A DNA stretch of 64,000 bases from NCBI GenBank assembly GCA_964342485.1, contig CAYFFO010000005.1, positions 23,549 through 87,548 on the forward strand. Direction: 5' to 3'. Positions 1 through 9,449 of the stretch are shown one piece after another. The position numbers and the translations under genes are program-made. This DNA is from an uncultured Dehalococcoidia bacterium. Lineage in GTDB: Bacteria; Chloroflexota; Dehalococcoidia; Lucifugimonadales; CAJWER01. The notes under the pieces were generated by a model. The model was not told the DNA's origin, made no database searches, and saw only the letters and a program-made list of their open reading frames with translations. The stretch's first letter is position 1. Each line of letters begins with the position of its first letter.

Positions 1-790
1 TTCCTGACGATACCAAAGTATCTTGGAGTGCATCACCATTTTCCTGCCACCAACTATATAAAATTGCCAAGTCTGTTCCAATAGAAAAATGTCTCACGCC
101 CATATCTATAAATTCTTTTGCGTCATCTGGGCTTCCTATTTCAGCTCGAGGAGGAATCCCTTTATCTAATGCGCTTTTAAATACTTTATCGCGAGCAGCA
201 ATAACATCTGGGTGTTTTGTTTGGCCTGCTAATCCTATACTCATTGAGTAGTCTGTTGCTCCCCACTGTATCATGTCGACTCCAGGTATAGACAATATTT
301 CATCAAGTTCCTCAACAGCACCTTTCTTCTCTATCATTACTGCCACTACTGTACTGTTGATTAACTCAACATAATCGGCTGAACCTCCATATCCCATATA
401 GGTATTTCTGCGTGTTGCAGCTCCATAAAGTCCAGGTTCTGATGGTGTATCAGCTTTAGCGATTTGTACACATTTTCTAACATCATCTGCAGAACGACAG
501 TCAGTAAATAAAACACTATTAAATCCCGACCCAATACCTCTCTGACCCAAAAATTCTTGATGACTTTGATCGACCTTAATCATAGAACCTAGGTTGTGCA
601 ATTCAGCAGCACGACAAATGTTATCTAGATCATGCAGATCAAATGAACCATACTCGGCCACAAACTCTATATAGTCGTAAGCACCAGTATGACCTATGGC
701 TTCAATTGCAGATGGCCAAGTTGAAAGAAGATGTGTGCTTAAAGTAGGCTCATTACGGTCCAGCTTTTCTCTAATTATATTTCGCTTCAA
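1..790 (-). CDS. HpcH/HpaI-family (class II) aldolase, C-terminus runs off the window
   Basis: Not in the ORF track because it is open at the window edge. My reverse-strand translation starts at TTG 788-790, with GGAGGA at 797-802. It stays open for 263 codons: MKRNIIREKLDRNEPTLSTHLLSTWPSAIEAIGHTGAYDYIEFVAEYGSFDLHDL...VMIEKKGAVEELDEILSIPGVDMIQWGATDYSMSIG. Layout matches the paralogue at 28146-28910. Confidence 0.7.
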   Translation of the reverse strand, partial: MKRNIIREKLDRNEPTLSTHLLSTWPSAIEAIGHTGAYDYIEFVAEYGSFDLHDLDNICRAAELHNLGSMIKVDQSHQEFLGQRGIGSGFNSVLFTDCRSADDVRKCVQIAKADTPSEPGLYGAATRRNTYMGYGGSADYVELINSTVVAVMIEKKGAVEELDEILSIPGVDMIQWGATDYSMSIGLAGQTKHPDVIAARDKVFKSALDKGIPPRAEIGSPDDAKEFIDMGVRHFSIGTDLAILYSWWQENGDALQDTLVSSG

Positions 791-999
791 GTTTATTCCT
801 CCGTGAGATGTTCAGTCTATTTGATATTGAAAGTTCCAAATTTACTAAAAAATAAGAATCTCTTTCATTTAAGAAAGTGATTATAGACTATAGAGGTATT
901 CTTGACACCTGATTAATTTAACCAAGATCAAAATTCATAATTTTGGAGTTGTAAAAAACATGTTAGCGATAAAGACTCCATTACCATTGGATAAAATAC

Positions 1000-1075
1000 T
1001 GGAGCGGGAGACGGGATTCGAACCCGCGACATCTTCCTTGGCAAGGAAGTGCTCTACCACTGAGCTACTCCCGCT
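1000..1075 (-). tRNA. tRNA-Gly (anticodon GCC), CCA encoded
   Basis: Reverse complement is GCGGGAGTAGCTCAGTGGTAGAGCACTTCCTTGCCAAGGAAGATGTCGCGGGTTCGAATCCCGTCTCCCGCTCCA. It folds as a cloverleaf with a 7-bp acceptor stem, anticodon stem CTTCC/GGAAG, loop TTGCCAA and T-loop TTCGAAT. Confidence 0.9.
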
Positions 1076-1093
1076 TGAATTTTTCCTTGAGAG

Positions 1094-1169
<76 letters not shown>

Positions 1170-1277
1170 AACAATCATATCTTACGAATGTGCTGAAGGA
1201 AGTGTCAAGGATCGTAAGTTCCTGAATAGTTAATTTCGATGGAATCTGTATAGTTCAGTTCATTGAATTGCCCATTT

Positions 1278-1307
1278 TTGACGTTAGTTCTAGTCTGATA
1301 GTATAAA
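1278..1307 (+). promoter_or_regulatory. candidate sigma70-type promoter for the DUF1501 gene
   Basis: TTGACG (1278-1283), 18-nt spacer, TATAAA (1302-1307), about 90 nt upstream of the TTG start at 1395. Motif match only. Confidence 0.25.
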
Positions 1308-1394
1308 TTGATATGGTCTGGATTTGTATTTTTGAATAATGTAAAATTTGTCTTCTAGATATTTATATGCAGCTATTTACGTTGGAGGCAGAAA

Positions 1395-2537
1395 TTGAAT
1401 TCCAAAATCAAAGATAATCGAAATAAAAAGCTAGTTGTAATACAACTTGGTGGTGGAAATGATGCCCTTAATACAGTTATTCCTTATAGTGATGGCCTTT
1501 ACTACGATTACCGCCCTTCTGTTGGAATTCCAGAAGAAGATGTGATCAAAATAAATGACGAAGTTGGATTTAGACCTGGATTGGAACCCATTAAGAATCT
1601 TTGGGATCAAGGAAAAGTCGCGATTATTCAAGGAATAGGATATCCGAATCCTAATCGATCTCATTTCAGGTCTATGGATATTTGGCATACTGCTTTACCA
1701 GATGAGATTGGACAGGAAGGTTGGTTAGGTCAGGTTATACGTGAACTTGATCCAGATTCTGAAAACGTGCTAAAAGGAGTGAATTTTGGTAGGGGGCTTC
1801 CGAGGGCGTTAAGTGCTAAAGATGTTTCAGTTGCTTCAGTTGGTAATTTAGACACGTACGGTTTGTTTCCTGATATGAAGGATGAAACTCTTAGAAAATA
1901 TGCTGTAGATACATTCGCCCAAATGTATGGTGCAGATTTAGGTGTAGACTCAGTCATCGACTTTTTGGGACAAACAGGCTTGGATGCTATGAAGGGTGCA
2001 GATATACTTAAAACAGCTCCTGAAAAATATAGGTCAAATGTTGAATATGCTTCGAATCAGATAGCTAGTGATCTCAGAAGTGCAGCACAGGTTATGTTTG
2101 CTGACCTTGGTACACAGGTTTATTATGCGTCTCACGGTGGATATGATTCACATTCGGGTGAACTCGCTACCCATGCTAGTCTTTGGGGAGAGTTAGCACC
2201 AGCAATAGGAGACTTCGTTGATGACGTGGAACAACATGGATACGGTGATGACTCAATCGTTTTGGTATTTACTGAATTTGGGAGAAGGATAAAAGATAAC
2301 GGCTCTGGAACAGATCATGGATCTGGAGGAGTTGCTTTTCTAATAGGTAACTCTGTGAAAGGTGGTTTATATGGTGATTACCCGTCATTGTCGCCTGAAG
2401 CACAACTTGAGGGAGATTTACATTTTAATAACGATTTTAGAATAACATATACATCCATACTTGAAGATTGGTTCCGTATGAATGCAGCTCCAATAGTTAA
2501 CGGTACATTCGAGAAGTTTGATTTATTTAGAAACTAG
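1395..2537 (+). CDS. DUF1501-family (sulfatase-fold) protein with no N-terminal Tat or Sec signal
   Basis: TTG start 7 nt after GGAGG (1383-1387). Motifs VVIQLGGGNDALNTVIPY, GYPNPNRSHFRSMDIWHTA and TEFGRR..DNGSGTDHG are typical of DUF1501. Confidence 0.75.
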   Translation: MNSKIKDNRNKKLVVIQLGGGNDALNTVIPYSDGLYYDYRPSVGIPEEDVIKINDEVGFRPGLEPIKNLWDQGKVAIIQGIGYPNPNRSHFRSMDIWHTALPDEIGQEGWLGQVIRELDPDSENVLKGVNFGRGLPRALSAKDVSVASVGNLDTYGLFPDMKDETLRKYAVDTFAQMYGADLGVDSVIDFLGQTGLDAMKGADILKTAPEKYRSNVEYASNQIASDLRSAAQVMFADLGTQVYYASHGGYDSHSGELATHASLWGELAPAIGDFVDDVEQHGYGDDSIVLVFTEFGRRIKDNGSGTDHGSGGVAFLIGNSVKGGLYGDYPSLSPEAQLEGDLHFNNDFRITYTSILEDWFRMNAAPIVNGTFEKFDLFRN

Positions 2538-2553
2538 GTGATTTTTTCGAATC

Positions 2554-3393
2554 ATGATTGATGATTGGTCATTAAAGTGGATTGATGCTCATGTGCATAT
2601 TTGGACACAGGATGTTAACAGATATCCTGCCTCAGGTTTCGACGTTTCTACTTTAGAACCTAAAGAATTTACCCCCGAATGGTTGTTTCGTTACTGTAGA
2701 CCTTTTCAAGTGGGGAAAATAGTATTGGTTCAGTCTGTATATAGTACTGACAATAGCTATATGCTAGATTCAGCGCGAAGATATCCAGGTATTTTTTCAG
2801 TAGTTGGTATGATAGATCATGATACTGCAAATATCGAAGAAAAAATGTATGAGGATAAAAAGGCAGGTGTTAGAGCTTATAGAGTCATTTTACCAATGGG
2901 GAATTCAGAGGGTTTTCTTGATGATATTGGATATAAACGGATGTTCAAAATAGCAGCTGGTACCGATCAGGCAATTTGTTTGCTATCTTATCCAGATGGA
3001 CTATCTGAGATTAATCGGATCTGTAAGGATTATGAAGATACAATAATTGTTATTGATCACATGGCAAGAATCGGAGAAGGCAATGAGATTTTGGATGAAC
3101 ATATAGATCTTTTGTGCAATTTGTCTAGATACCCAAACGTATATGTCAAGCTTTCAAGATTCCATGCTCTTGGTAACCGTCATGAAGAACACGAAGATTT
3201 ACTACCTCTTATCAACAGGGTAATTGAAACTTTTGGACAAGATAGAGTTATGTGGGGAAGCGATTCTCCATATCAAGTCGTTGAAGAAAGCTACTCTAAT
3301 TCAATTAACCTTGTACGCTATAATTTAGGATTGTCAGACAGTGAACTGTCTGCTGTTTTATCTGATACTGCAAATAAGGTATTTTTTAATTAA
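2554..3393 (+). CDS. amidohydrolase-2 family TIM-barrel metal hydrolase (lactonase/decarboxylase-like)
   Basis: WIDAHVHIW metal-binding HxH near the N-terminus, internal DHMAR, C-terminal MWGSDSP. Size 279 aa. Confidence 0.7.
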   Translation: MIDDWSLKWIDAHVHIWTQDVNRYPASGFDVSTLEPKEFTPEWLFRYCRPFQVGKIVLVQSVYSTDNSYMLDSARRYPGIFSVVGMIDHDTANIEEKMYEDKKAGVRAYRVILPMGNSEGFLDDIGYKRMFKIAAGTDQAICLLSYPDGLSEINRICKDYEDTIIVIDHMARIGEGNEILDEHIDLLCNLSRYPNVYVKLSRFHALGNRHEEHEDLLPLINRVIETFGQDRVMWGSDSPYQVVEESYSNSINLVRYNLGLSDSELSAVLSDTANKVFFN

Positions 3394-3427
3394 TTTCCCA
3401 TGTATAGACATGATTGCGATTTCGGAT

Positions 3428-3907
3428 TCACGATTTTATCCATTTTTTAGATAATATAGGATAGTCTTGACTCATAGACAACAGATTGCTGTTTTCGATT
3501 TTTGCAAATAGGCCTGTGGCTTTTGCGGCAACGATGCCGTTCTTCAATTCTATCCATCCTTCAGTTTCCCACAACCCATGTTTTGAGGATTTCTTCTTAC
3601 CATACGCAGTGATTTCTGTGTTAATAGGAATGGGTTTTAAGTAACGGACTTCTAGTTTAGCTGTCACGGTCCACCTGTTTTCGAGTACAGAAACTCTACT
3701 CATAACTTCATCAAGTACTGTATAAATTATTCCTCCGTGTATATATCCAGGGAAACCTTGATTTTCAGGTTGAGCTGAGTAAGTAGTTTTTACTTTGTTA
3801 TCATGTTTAGTAAATTTAAGTTGAAGGCCTGATGAATTTCTAGGTCCACAAGCAAAGCATAATCCGTAATCGGTATTGTCATTTAGAGGGACATTATTTT
3901 GATTCAA
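3428..3907 (-). CDS. PaaI/hotdog-fold thioesterase
   Basis: CFACGPRNSSGLQLKF followed by GYIHGGIIYTVLDEVM, typical of PaaI-type thioesterases. Size 159 aa. Confidence 0.65.
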   Translation of the reverse strand: MNQNNVPLNDNTDYGLCFACGPRNSSGLQLKFTKHDNKVKTTYSAQPENQGFPGYIHGGIIYTVLDEVMSRVSVLENRWTVTAKLEVRYLKPIPINTEITAYGKKKSSKHGLWETEGWIELKNGIVAAKATGLFAKIENSNLLSMSQDYPILSKKWIKS

Positions 3908-3960
3908 ATTTCTATGCCTGCCTAATTTATTAAAAAGGGAAGAATTTTAGTTATATTTAA

Positions 3961-6753
3961 TCAATATTTTCGCCAAGTGTTCCACCAGGATAATTGGTAG
4001 GGTGTTCTTTTCACATAAGTAAAACAGTGTATATTACCAGTCCATCTATGGTAATTATCCCAACTGTCAATCGATTGAGGAATCCCAGGTATAAGATCAA
4101 CAAAATTCTTTCTCATTATATTTTCGCCTGCATGATTTTTGGGACCGTAGTTTTTCCCGAAGAAAATATATTTTCCAGCAGTTTGTATATTTGTTAGTGC
4201 AGGTGCAAAAGGAAAGACTTGTTCTATAGAATTGGTTTTCGAATCAAAGGTTCCCATAAGTAGATCTGGGACTCGTATAACATCGATCTTTTCATCTATA
4301 GATTTGGAAATTGTAGAGACGACCATATTAATTTTCTTTTCGGCAGCGAAATTTAGTTGATGTAGCAATAGGTCTGTCTGGATTTCATATGCACTAATTA
4401 TTGCTGGGATTTCACTGCCTATTGTATCAAGCCAGAAACGCGTATTGTTTGCTAAAACATATTGACTTGTATGATCGGGTATTTCAAACCATTTTACTCT
4501 TGGTGGCTCACTTATGCTGTCTATTTGTCCATTTACAGAAGTAGCTGATTTTTTCGGTCCATCGTATCCCTTGTCGGCTATTTTAGTTGGGGTATTCCAC
4601 ACCTTATCAATGGACAACCATCCCGGGCCTGCAGCTGCAATTCTAGCTACCTGTCCAGCTCCTGTTCCAGCATATATCCTAATGTATTTTGCATATTCCC
4701 AAATTGGTTTTGTAAAGTCGGTATTTTCACTGTCGACTAATATGGTGTCACTACTATGTGAAGATGCGGCTAAATGAATGCCTGTACTGACTTTTCCATC
4801 TGCAAAAAATACCGCGTTCTCGTCGAGTTCATCAATTATGGTTTTAGCGCCTATAGGGTCGGGTGCAATGATAGTCCATTTTTTATTATCAGGTATTATA
4901 GAAATAATTTCATCGACATGCCCAACTCTTAGCCAGCCAGTTTCTATAGTGAAAGGTGATTGTAATTCCTGGTCTTTTAAAAAATGTAAAAGTTTTTGAC
5001 TTATAGTGTTTCCAACTACTATACGACCCAAAGGCCAAGATTTTGTTGGAGGGATAACCTCTATATTCCCACCAAAATCTCCTGCGTTTAGGCCATCATG
5101 AATTTGAAAATTTTCGAATCTGAATAGGCCTGTATTTGGCCCGATAAGGTTTGATTTAGGCCATGTTGGAGTGTCATCTTCAATTTTTTCGGTTGTTAAT
5201 TTCGAACGTGGAAGACGTAAAACGATATGAGTTTTTGGTTTCCCTGGCGCATGGGTATATCCTATTTCAATATGGTCCTGAGTCCACTGGTCGCCGCCAG
5301 TATAGTATGAATTCAAGGATACAGTGTCTTGAAGTGATAATCTGAAGTCTTCTAGACTTTGGCTTTTACCCCATATTTGCAATGCTTGTTGTGTGTTTGG
5401 TAATAATATCAATGGAGCTACTTTAAGCTGAACTCGGTCAAACCCCAGGCTAACATTACCTGGACCGGTGGCTGATAACTCTAATTCCAGAATACCATCG
5501 TATCCATCCTGGAAAGTTCCTCCATAAGCTTGAGATTGGGTATTGCGAAAGAAAAGACCTTCGATACCTAAAGTGGTATTAAATTTTCCAATAATAAGGT
5601 CTGTTATATTACTGTATTCTTCTTGTTCGCCTGGGCCTCCCCAAAAAGATTTTTCACCTGGTTCTATTTTTTGAAACACATGAACTCCTCTAATTTGATC
5701 GAGTTCAGGAGTTCTTAGAGTTACTGAAGTAAGGTCTTCCGGGTTAATACCATTAACACGAATAACAAGTTCAGTAATATCGAGGCTATCTTTTAAGCCG
5801 TTAATATAGAAATCTTCGCTTATAGGATAACCACCTTCGTCAAAGTCTATGCTATCTGGATTTCGTTTGTGGTCGGCTGAGTCATTGTCATAATTAACCA
5901 TGAAAATAGCACCACGTTGGTCTGTCCAATGGTCTTCTTTGTATTCATCCATAGTGTTATCAATAATCCCATCCCTATCACTGTCCACATCAAGATCGAG
6001 TTCAATGATCGAAAGATTTATATCGTCATGTGTTTTTCCCAATACAGATTGCATATTTAGCCTTAATACTACTTCTCTAGAATGTGCAGTTGTTTCTAAC
6101 CCTTCGATAAACAATTTATCCGGGATATGCTTGGCGTCAAAAATATAGGGTATATAAATTTGTTCCGTTTTCTCTGGATCCAGCCAAATCCTGATTTTTT
6201 CACCCCCAGATAGTGCAGATAGTTTTAGGGAAGATGAATCTGGTATTGGGTCTGCTTTTATATTGATTTCTTTCACACTAGATTGATTGCTGTTAAGGGA
6301 CAAAAATCCACCAACTGTTTCTTCTTCTTGTTCTTCTGTTCCGACGATATCGAGGTCAATGTCTATAACCATAATTTCTAAGGATTCTTTTGCCATTTCT
6401 CCTGTTGGCAACGAATATTTTAGAGTAAGAATTGAGCCGCCTTTTGAAATGGCAGTCAATGAAGTTGGACCTTCTTCTGTGGTGTCTATTCGGAGAACTT
6501 CAGGGTTGCTTGATTGCCAATCGCATTTTCCTCCGGATGGTCCCACGTGGGATTTCAGAATTTCAGTATCATCGATATTAAAAATTCTTGTTTCGAGATT
6601 AATCTGCGCAACTAGTCCGGACTGGATTGTATTGTCAGTTACTTTATCTATACAGGAGATATTGGTTTGTAAATTCTTAACCGAAGAGATACAGGAATTT
6701 CCAAAAGCGATTATTGAAAAAATCAGGAATAGTTTAATCAATATACGGATCAT
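3961..6753 (-). CDS. secreted protein-arginine deiminase (PAD, vertebrate/cyanobacterial type) homologue with N-terminal Ig-like region
   Basis: N-terminal signal MIRILIKLFLIFSIIAFGNSC. GDQWTQDHIEIGYTHAPGK resembles PAD W.QDEMEIGY. WLRVGHVDEIISIIP resembles GHVDEF (His and Asp). C-terminal GNIHCFTYVKRTP resembles G.HCGTNV.R.P, the catalytic Cys (codon at complement 4024-4026). There are also acidic Ca-binding-like DLDVDSDRDGIIDN and a Big_2-like segment with SSNPEVLRID. Confidence 0.75.
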   Translation of the reverse strand: MIRILIKLFLIFSIIAFGNSCISSVKNLQTNISCIDKVTDNTIQSGLVAQINLETRIFNIDDTEILKSHVGPSGGKCDWQSSNPEVLRIDTTEEGPTSLTAISKGGSILTLKYSLPTGEMAKESLEIMVIDIDLDIVGTEEQEEETVGGFLSLNSNQSSVKEINIKADPIPDSSSLKLSALSGGEKIRIWLDPEKTEQIYIPYIFDAKHIPDKLFIEGLETTAHSREVVLRLNMQSVLGKTHDDINLSIIELDLDVDSDRDGIIDNTMDEYKEDHWTDQRGAIFMVNYDNDSADHKRNPDSIDFDEGGYPISEDFYINGLKDSLDITELVIRVNGINPEDLTSVTLRTPELDQIRGVHVFQKIEPGEKSFWGGPGEQEEYSNITDLIIGKFNTTLGIEGLFFRNTQSQAYGGTFQDGYDGILELELSATGPGNVSLGFDRVQLKVAPLILLPNTQQALQIWGKSQSLEDFRLSLQDTVSLNSYYTGGDQWTQDHIEIGYTHAPGKPKTHIVLRLPRSKLTTEKIEDDTPTWPKSNLIGPNTGLFRFENFQIHDGLNAGDFGGNIEVIPPTKSWPLGRIVVGNTISQKLLHFLKDQELQSPFTIETGWLRVGHVDEIISIIPDNKKWTIIAPDPIGAKTIIDELDENAVFFADGKVSTGIHLAASSHSSDTILVDSENTDFTKPIWEYAKYIRIYAGTGAGQVARIAAAGPGWLSIDKVWNTPTKIADKGYDGPKKSATSVNGQIDSISEPPRVKWFEIPDHTSQYVLANNTRFWLDTIGSEIPAIISAYEIQTDLLLHQLNFAAEKKINMVVSTISKSIDEKIDVIRVPDLLMGTFDSKTNSIEQVFPFAPALTNIQTAGKYIFFGKNYGPKNHAGENIMRKNFVDLIPGIPQSIDSWDNYHRWTGNIHCFTYVKRTPYQLSWWNTWRKY

Positions 6754-6806
6754 TTTCTGTATGCTAACACATAGTAAATAATATACTTGTTAGTCTTTGG
6801 TTAGAT

Positions 6807-7817
6807 TTAATTTTCAACATACTTTATACGGGGATCGACGATAGCCAATAGGATATCTGAAATCAATGTTCCAATCACGGTCAGGATTCCTAGCATCAGG
6901 ATAATTGGTCCAGCAGTATAGGTGTCCTCTTGTTGGATTGCATCTAACAGTACTGGCCCTAAGGTAGGTAGACTAAGTACTACTGATACTATTACACTTC
7001 CTCCAACCAAAGATGGGAGTAGATACCCAACAGTACTAACCATCGGATTAATTGCAATTCGTACTGGATACTTTAATATAAGACGCCATTTCACGACTCC
7101 TTTTGCAGTCGCTGTCACTACATACGGTCTTGAAAGTTCATCTAATAGGTTATTACGCATAACCCTAATCAATCCTGCAGTGCCCGATGTTCCTAGTACA
7201 ATAGCTGGTATCCATAGATGATCTATAAGATCTAAAGCCTTAGCAATGCTCCATGGAGCATTTATAAAATCAGCAGAAAACAGGCCTCCAACATTCATGT
7301 CAAAATATGCGAATGCGATGTACATTAACACAAGGCCCAGCAGGAAGTCGGGTACCGCTAGACCAGAAAAGCCAATAAAAGTGAAAACGTAGTCTCCTAG
7401 TGACTGTTGTCTTACTGCCGAGTATATGCCTATAGGTATAGAGAAAATCCAAGTTACCAAGATAGTAAACCCGGTTAGTACTATCGTTGTGAAAAGTCGG
7501 TCTCCTATAATTTCTTTAACTGGTCTTTGGTTACCTAGGCCTCCGTAAGGAACCATGGTTTGCCCTAAATCTCCTTGTAATAGAGCCCAAACCCATTTCG
7601 AATAACGTACATATTTAGGTTGATCAAGACCTAATCGGAGACGAAGTTCTACCAACATCTCCTTTGCTACCATTTCAGTATGAGTTCGAGTTGCACGATC
7701 ATACATCCGGTCAATAGTATCGCCTGGAGGCAATTCAATTATGATGAATGCGGCTATAGATATTATCCACACTGTGAAAAAGGATAGTATTAGACGCCGA
7801 ACCACATATCTTGCCAA
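6807..7817 (-). CDS. ABC transporter permease, OppB/DppB family
   Basis: N-terminus MARYVVRRLILSFFTVWIISIAAFIIIELPPGD is typical of OppB/DppB. Multiple TM segments, 336 aa. Confidence 0.8.
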   Translation of the reverse strand: MARYVVRRLILSFFTVWIISIAAFIIIELPPGDTIDRMYDRATRTHTEMVAKEMLVELRLRLGLDQPKYVRYSKWVWALLQGDLGQTMVPYGGLGNQRPVKEIIGDRLFTTIVLTGFTILVTWIFSIPIGIYSAVRQQSLGDYVFTFIGFSGLAVPDFLLGLVLMYIAFAYFDMNVGGLFSADFINAPWSIAKALDLIDHLWIPAIVLGTSGTAGLIRVMRNNLLDELSRPYVVTATAKGVVKWRLILKYPVRIAINPMVSTVGYLLPSLVGGSVIVSVVLSLPTLGPVLLDAIQQEDTYTAGPIILMLGILTVIGTLISDILLAIVDPRIKYVEN

Positions 7818-7963
7818 TGTGAACCCTCAATTACGGATTAGACCAAGTTTATATATAAGATTGGCTTAACTGTCAACATTATGGTGCATTCAAATAATAT
7901 TCCGCTGATATAGTGTTTGTAATAGGATGGGCAGTTTTGAATTTTGGGTAACAATATTATTCA

Positions 7964-7984
7964 TTTTGGATAATTTATCCAAAA
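7964..7984. repeat. perfect 21-bp palindrome TTTTGGATAA-T-TTATCCAAAA
   Basis: Read directly. It lies between the amidohydrolase stop (8017) and the permease start (7817). Confidence 0.6.
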
Positions 7985-8016
7985 TCCGGTTTTAGTGCCA
8001 TGGTTACGAAAATTAT

Positions 8017-9252
8017 TTATACTTTTGGTATAGCCGATTGCTTGACTATTTCCCCTGCTTTTATCACGGTATCAACATTATGTAATGATTGGATTGATTT
8101 AGAAGCGTTCCCTTTTACTATCACAATATCTGCCCTTTTACCTAATTGAAGCGTGCCAGTTGTTTTTGATATTCCAAGACAATTTGCCGATGTACTGGTG
8201 CCACTTTGGATAGCTTGTATTGGTGATAATCCTAGTTTTTCAACCATGAAAGTAGGCACCCAAGCGTAATCGCCAAATCCGACATAATTCATACCTGAAT
8301 CGAGTCCGGTAACTAGCTTGACACCACGATCCCACATATCACGTAAATTTTCATAGAATGTGTCTCGATCACCGAGTAAGTTTGTATCATTAGAGAGCTC
8401 AGATAAGTTAGGGTCTCTTTGTTGCCGGAGGGAAATTGTTGCTATGGTGGGATCAACGTATAAACCTTTTTCGGCTATCATATCTGCTATACGCGGTTCA
8501 TATTGATAAACTTTATCTGGGTCATGTGAGAGCCACGTGGCATGTATCAAGTTGTTAATACCAGATTCTGCTGAGGATTTAATACCGGAGGTTGCATGGC
8601 AATGGGCTGCGACAGGTATCCCTAAGCGTCCAGCCTCTTCTACAACGGTCTGTAAGATTTTAAGTGAATATTGTGGCATTAACGGATTGGTACGAGGTGT
8701 GAATCTTCCACCGGTGGCCATGATTTTTATCCAATTCATTCCAAGTTTTACTTGAGATCTCAGTGCTGTAATTACTTGGTCAAGTGTATCGGCTTCAGTA
8801 CCAAACATATGGCAATGTCCACCAGTCGTTGTAATAGGTGTTCCTGCTATCAATAAATGAGGACCAGGGATGATGTTATTCGATATAGCGTTTCTAATTG
8901 ATAAAGCTATATTATTTTGACTTCCAAGATCCCTCATAGTTGTTACTCCAGATAATAGAGCGGTACGAACTGCCTGGGTTGCCCTAATTAAAAGAGTTTC
9001 ATCAGAATCATTAGCCAGGTCTTCGAACGCAGTTGACTTTGAACTACAATGGATGTGTGAATGCATTTCTATAAATCCAGGCAAAATAGTTCCCCCGGGT
9101 ACGTCAATTACCTTTATGTCTGTACTGGATTCTATAGAATACGAATCGGATATAGCGGTAATCTTTCCATTTTCTATAAGTACTGAATAGTTTTGCTTAG
9201 CAGGTGATCCTGTGCCGTCCACCAGGGTTTCTGATTTCAGGAGAAGTTTCAA
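8017..9252 (-). CDS. amidohydrolase-family metallo-hydrolase (imidazolonepropionase / Xaa-Pro dipeptidase-like)
   Basis: PGFIEMHSHIH (HxH), later AAHCH and a C-terminal GKRADIVIV-type motif. Size 411 aa. Confidence 0.75.
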   Translation of the reverse strand: MKLLLKSETLVDGTGSPAKQNYSVLIENGKITAISDSYSIESSTDIKVIDVPGGTILPGFIEMHSHIHCSSKSTAFEDLANDSDETLLIRATQAVRTALLSGVTTMRDLGSQNNIALSIRNAISNNIIPGPHLLIAGTPITTTGGHCHMFGTEADTLDQVITALRSQVKLGMNWIKIMATGGRFTPRTNPLMPQYSLKILQTVVEEAGRLGIPVAAHCHATSGIKSSAESGINNLIHATWLSHDPDKVYQYEPRIADMIAEKGLYVDPTIATISLRQQRDPNLSELSNDTNLLGDRDTFYENLRDMWDRGVKLVTGLDSGMNYVGFGDYAWVPTFMVEKLGLSPIQAIQSGTSTSANCLGISKTTGTLQLGKRADIVIVKGNASKSIQSLHNVDTVIKAGEIVKQSAIPKV

Positions 9253-9449
9253 AATTTTTATGCCTCCAAGTTGGATTCCAAAGATTTGATATATACGTTC
9301 ATATTTAGTGAACTATACCATTTCTAGTTAGAGACAGGGTTAATGTTTTATAGTTACTTAATCTTAGTTAGTGTATTCTAGATACGTTTTTAGTTTGACT
9401 AGATATCAAAGTGATTCTAAAATTTATAAAATGCCTTTGAAAGGTAATT

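Noticed and set aside
3994-6781. A series of plus-strand ORFs of 60-164 aa (for example 6287-6781) inside the PAD-like gene.
   Set aside because: They are antisense to a 930-codon ORF with strong family motifs. Their products are low-complexity Ser/Ile/Leu-rich, have no recognisable motifs and lack Shine-Dalgarno sites. These are typical shadow ORFs in AT-rich DNA.
7818-8016. A replication origin, suggested by the two inverted DnaA-box-like arms of the palindrome.
   Set aside because: There are only two 8/9 boxes. I saw no cluster of further boxes, no AT-rich unwinding repeats and no dnaA or dnaN nearby.
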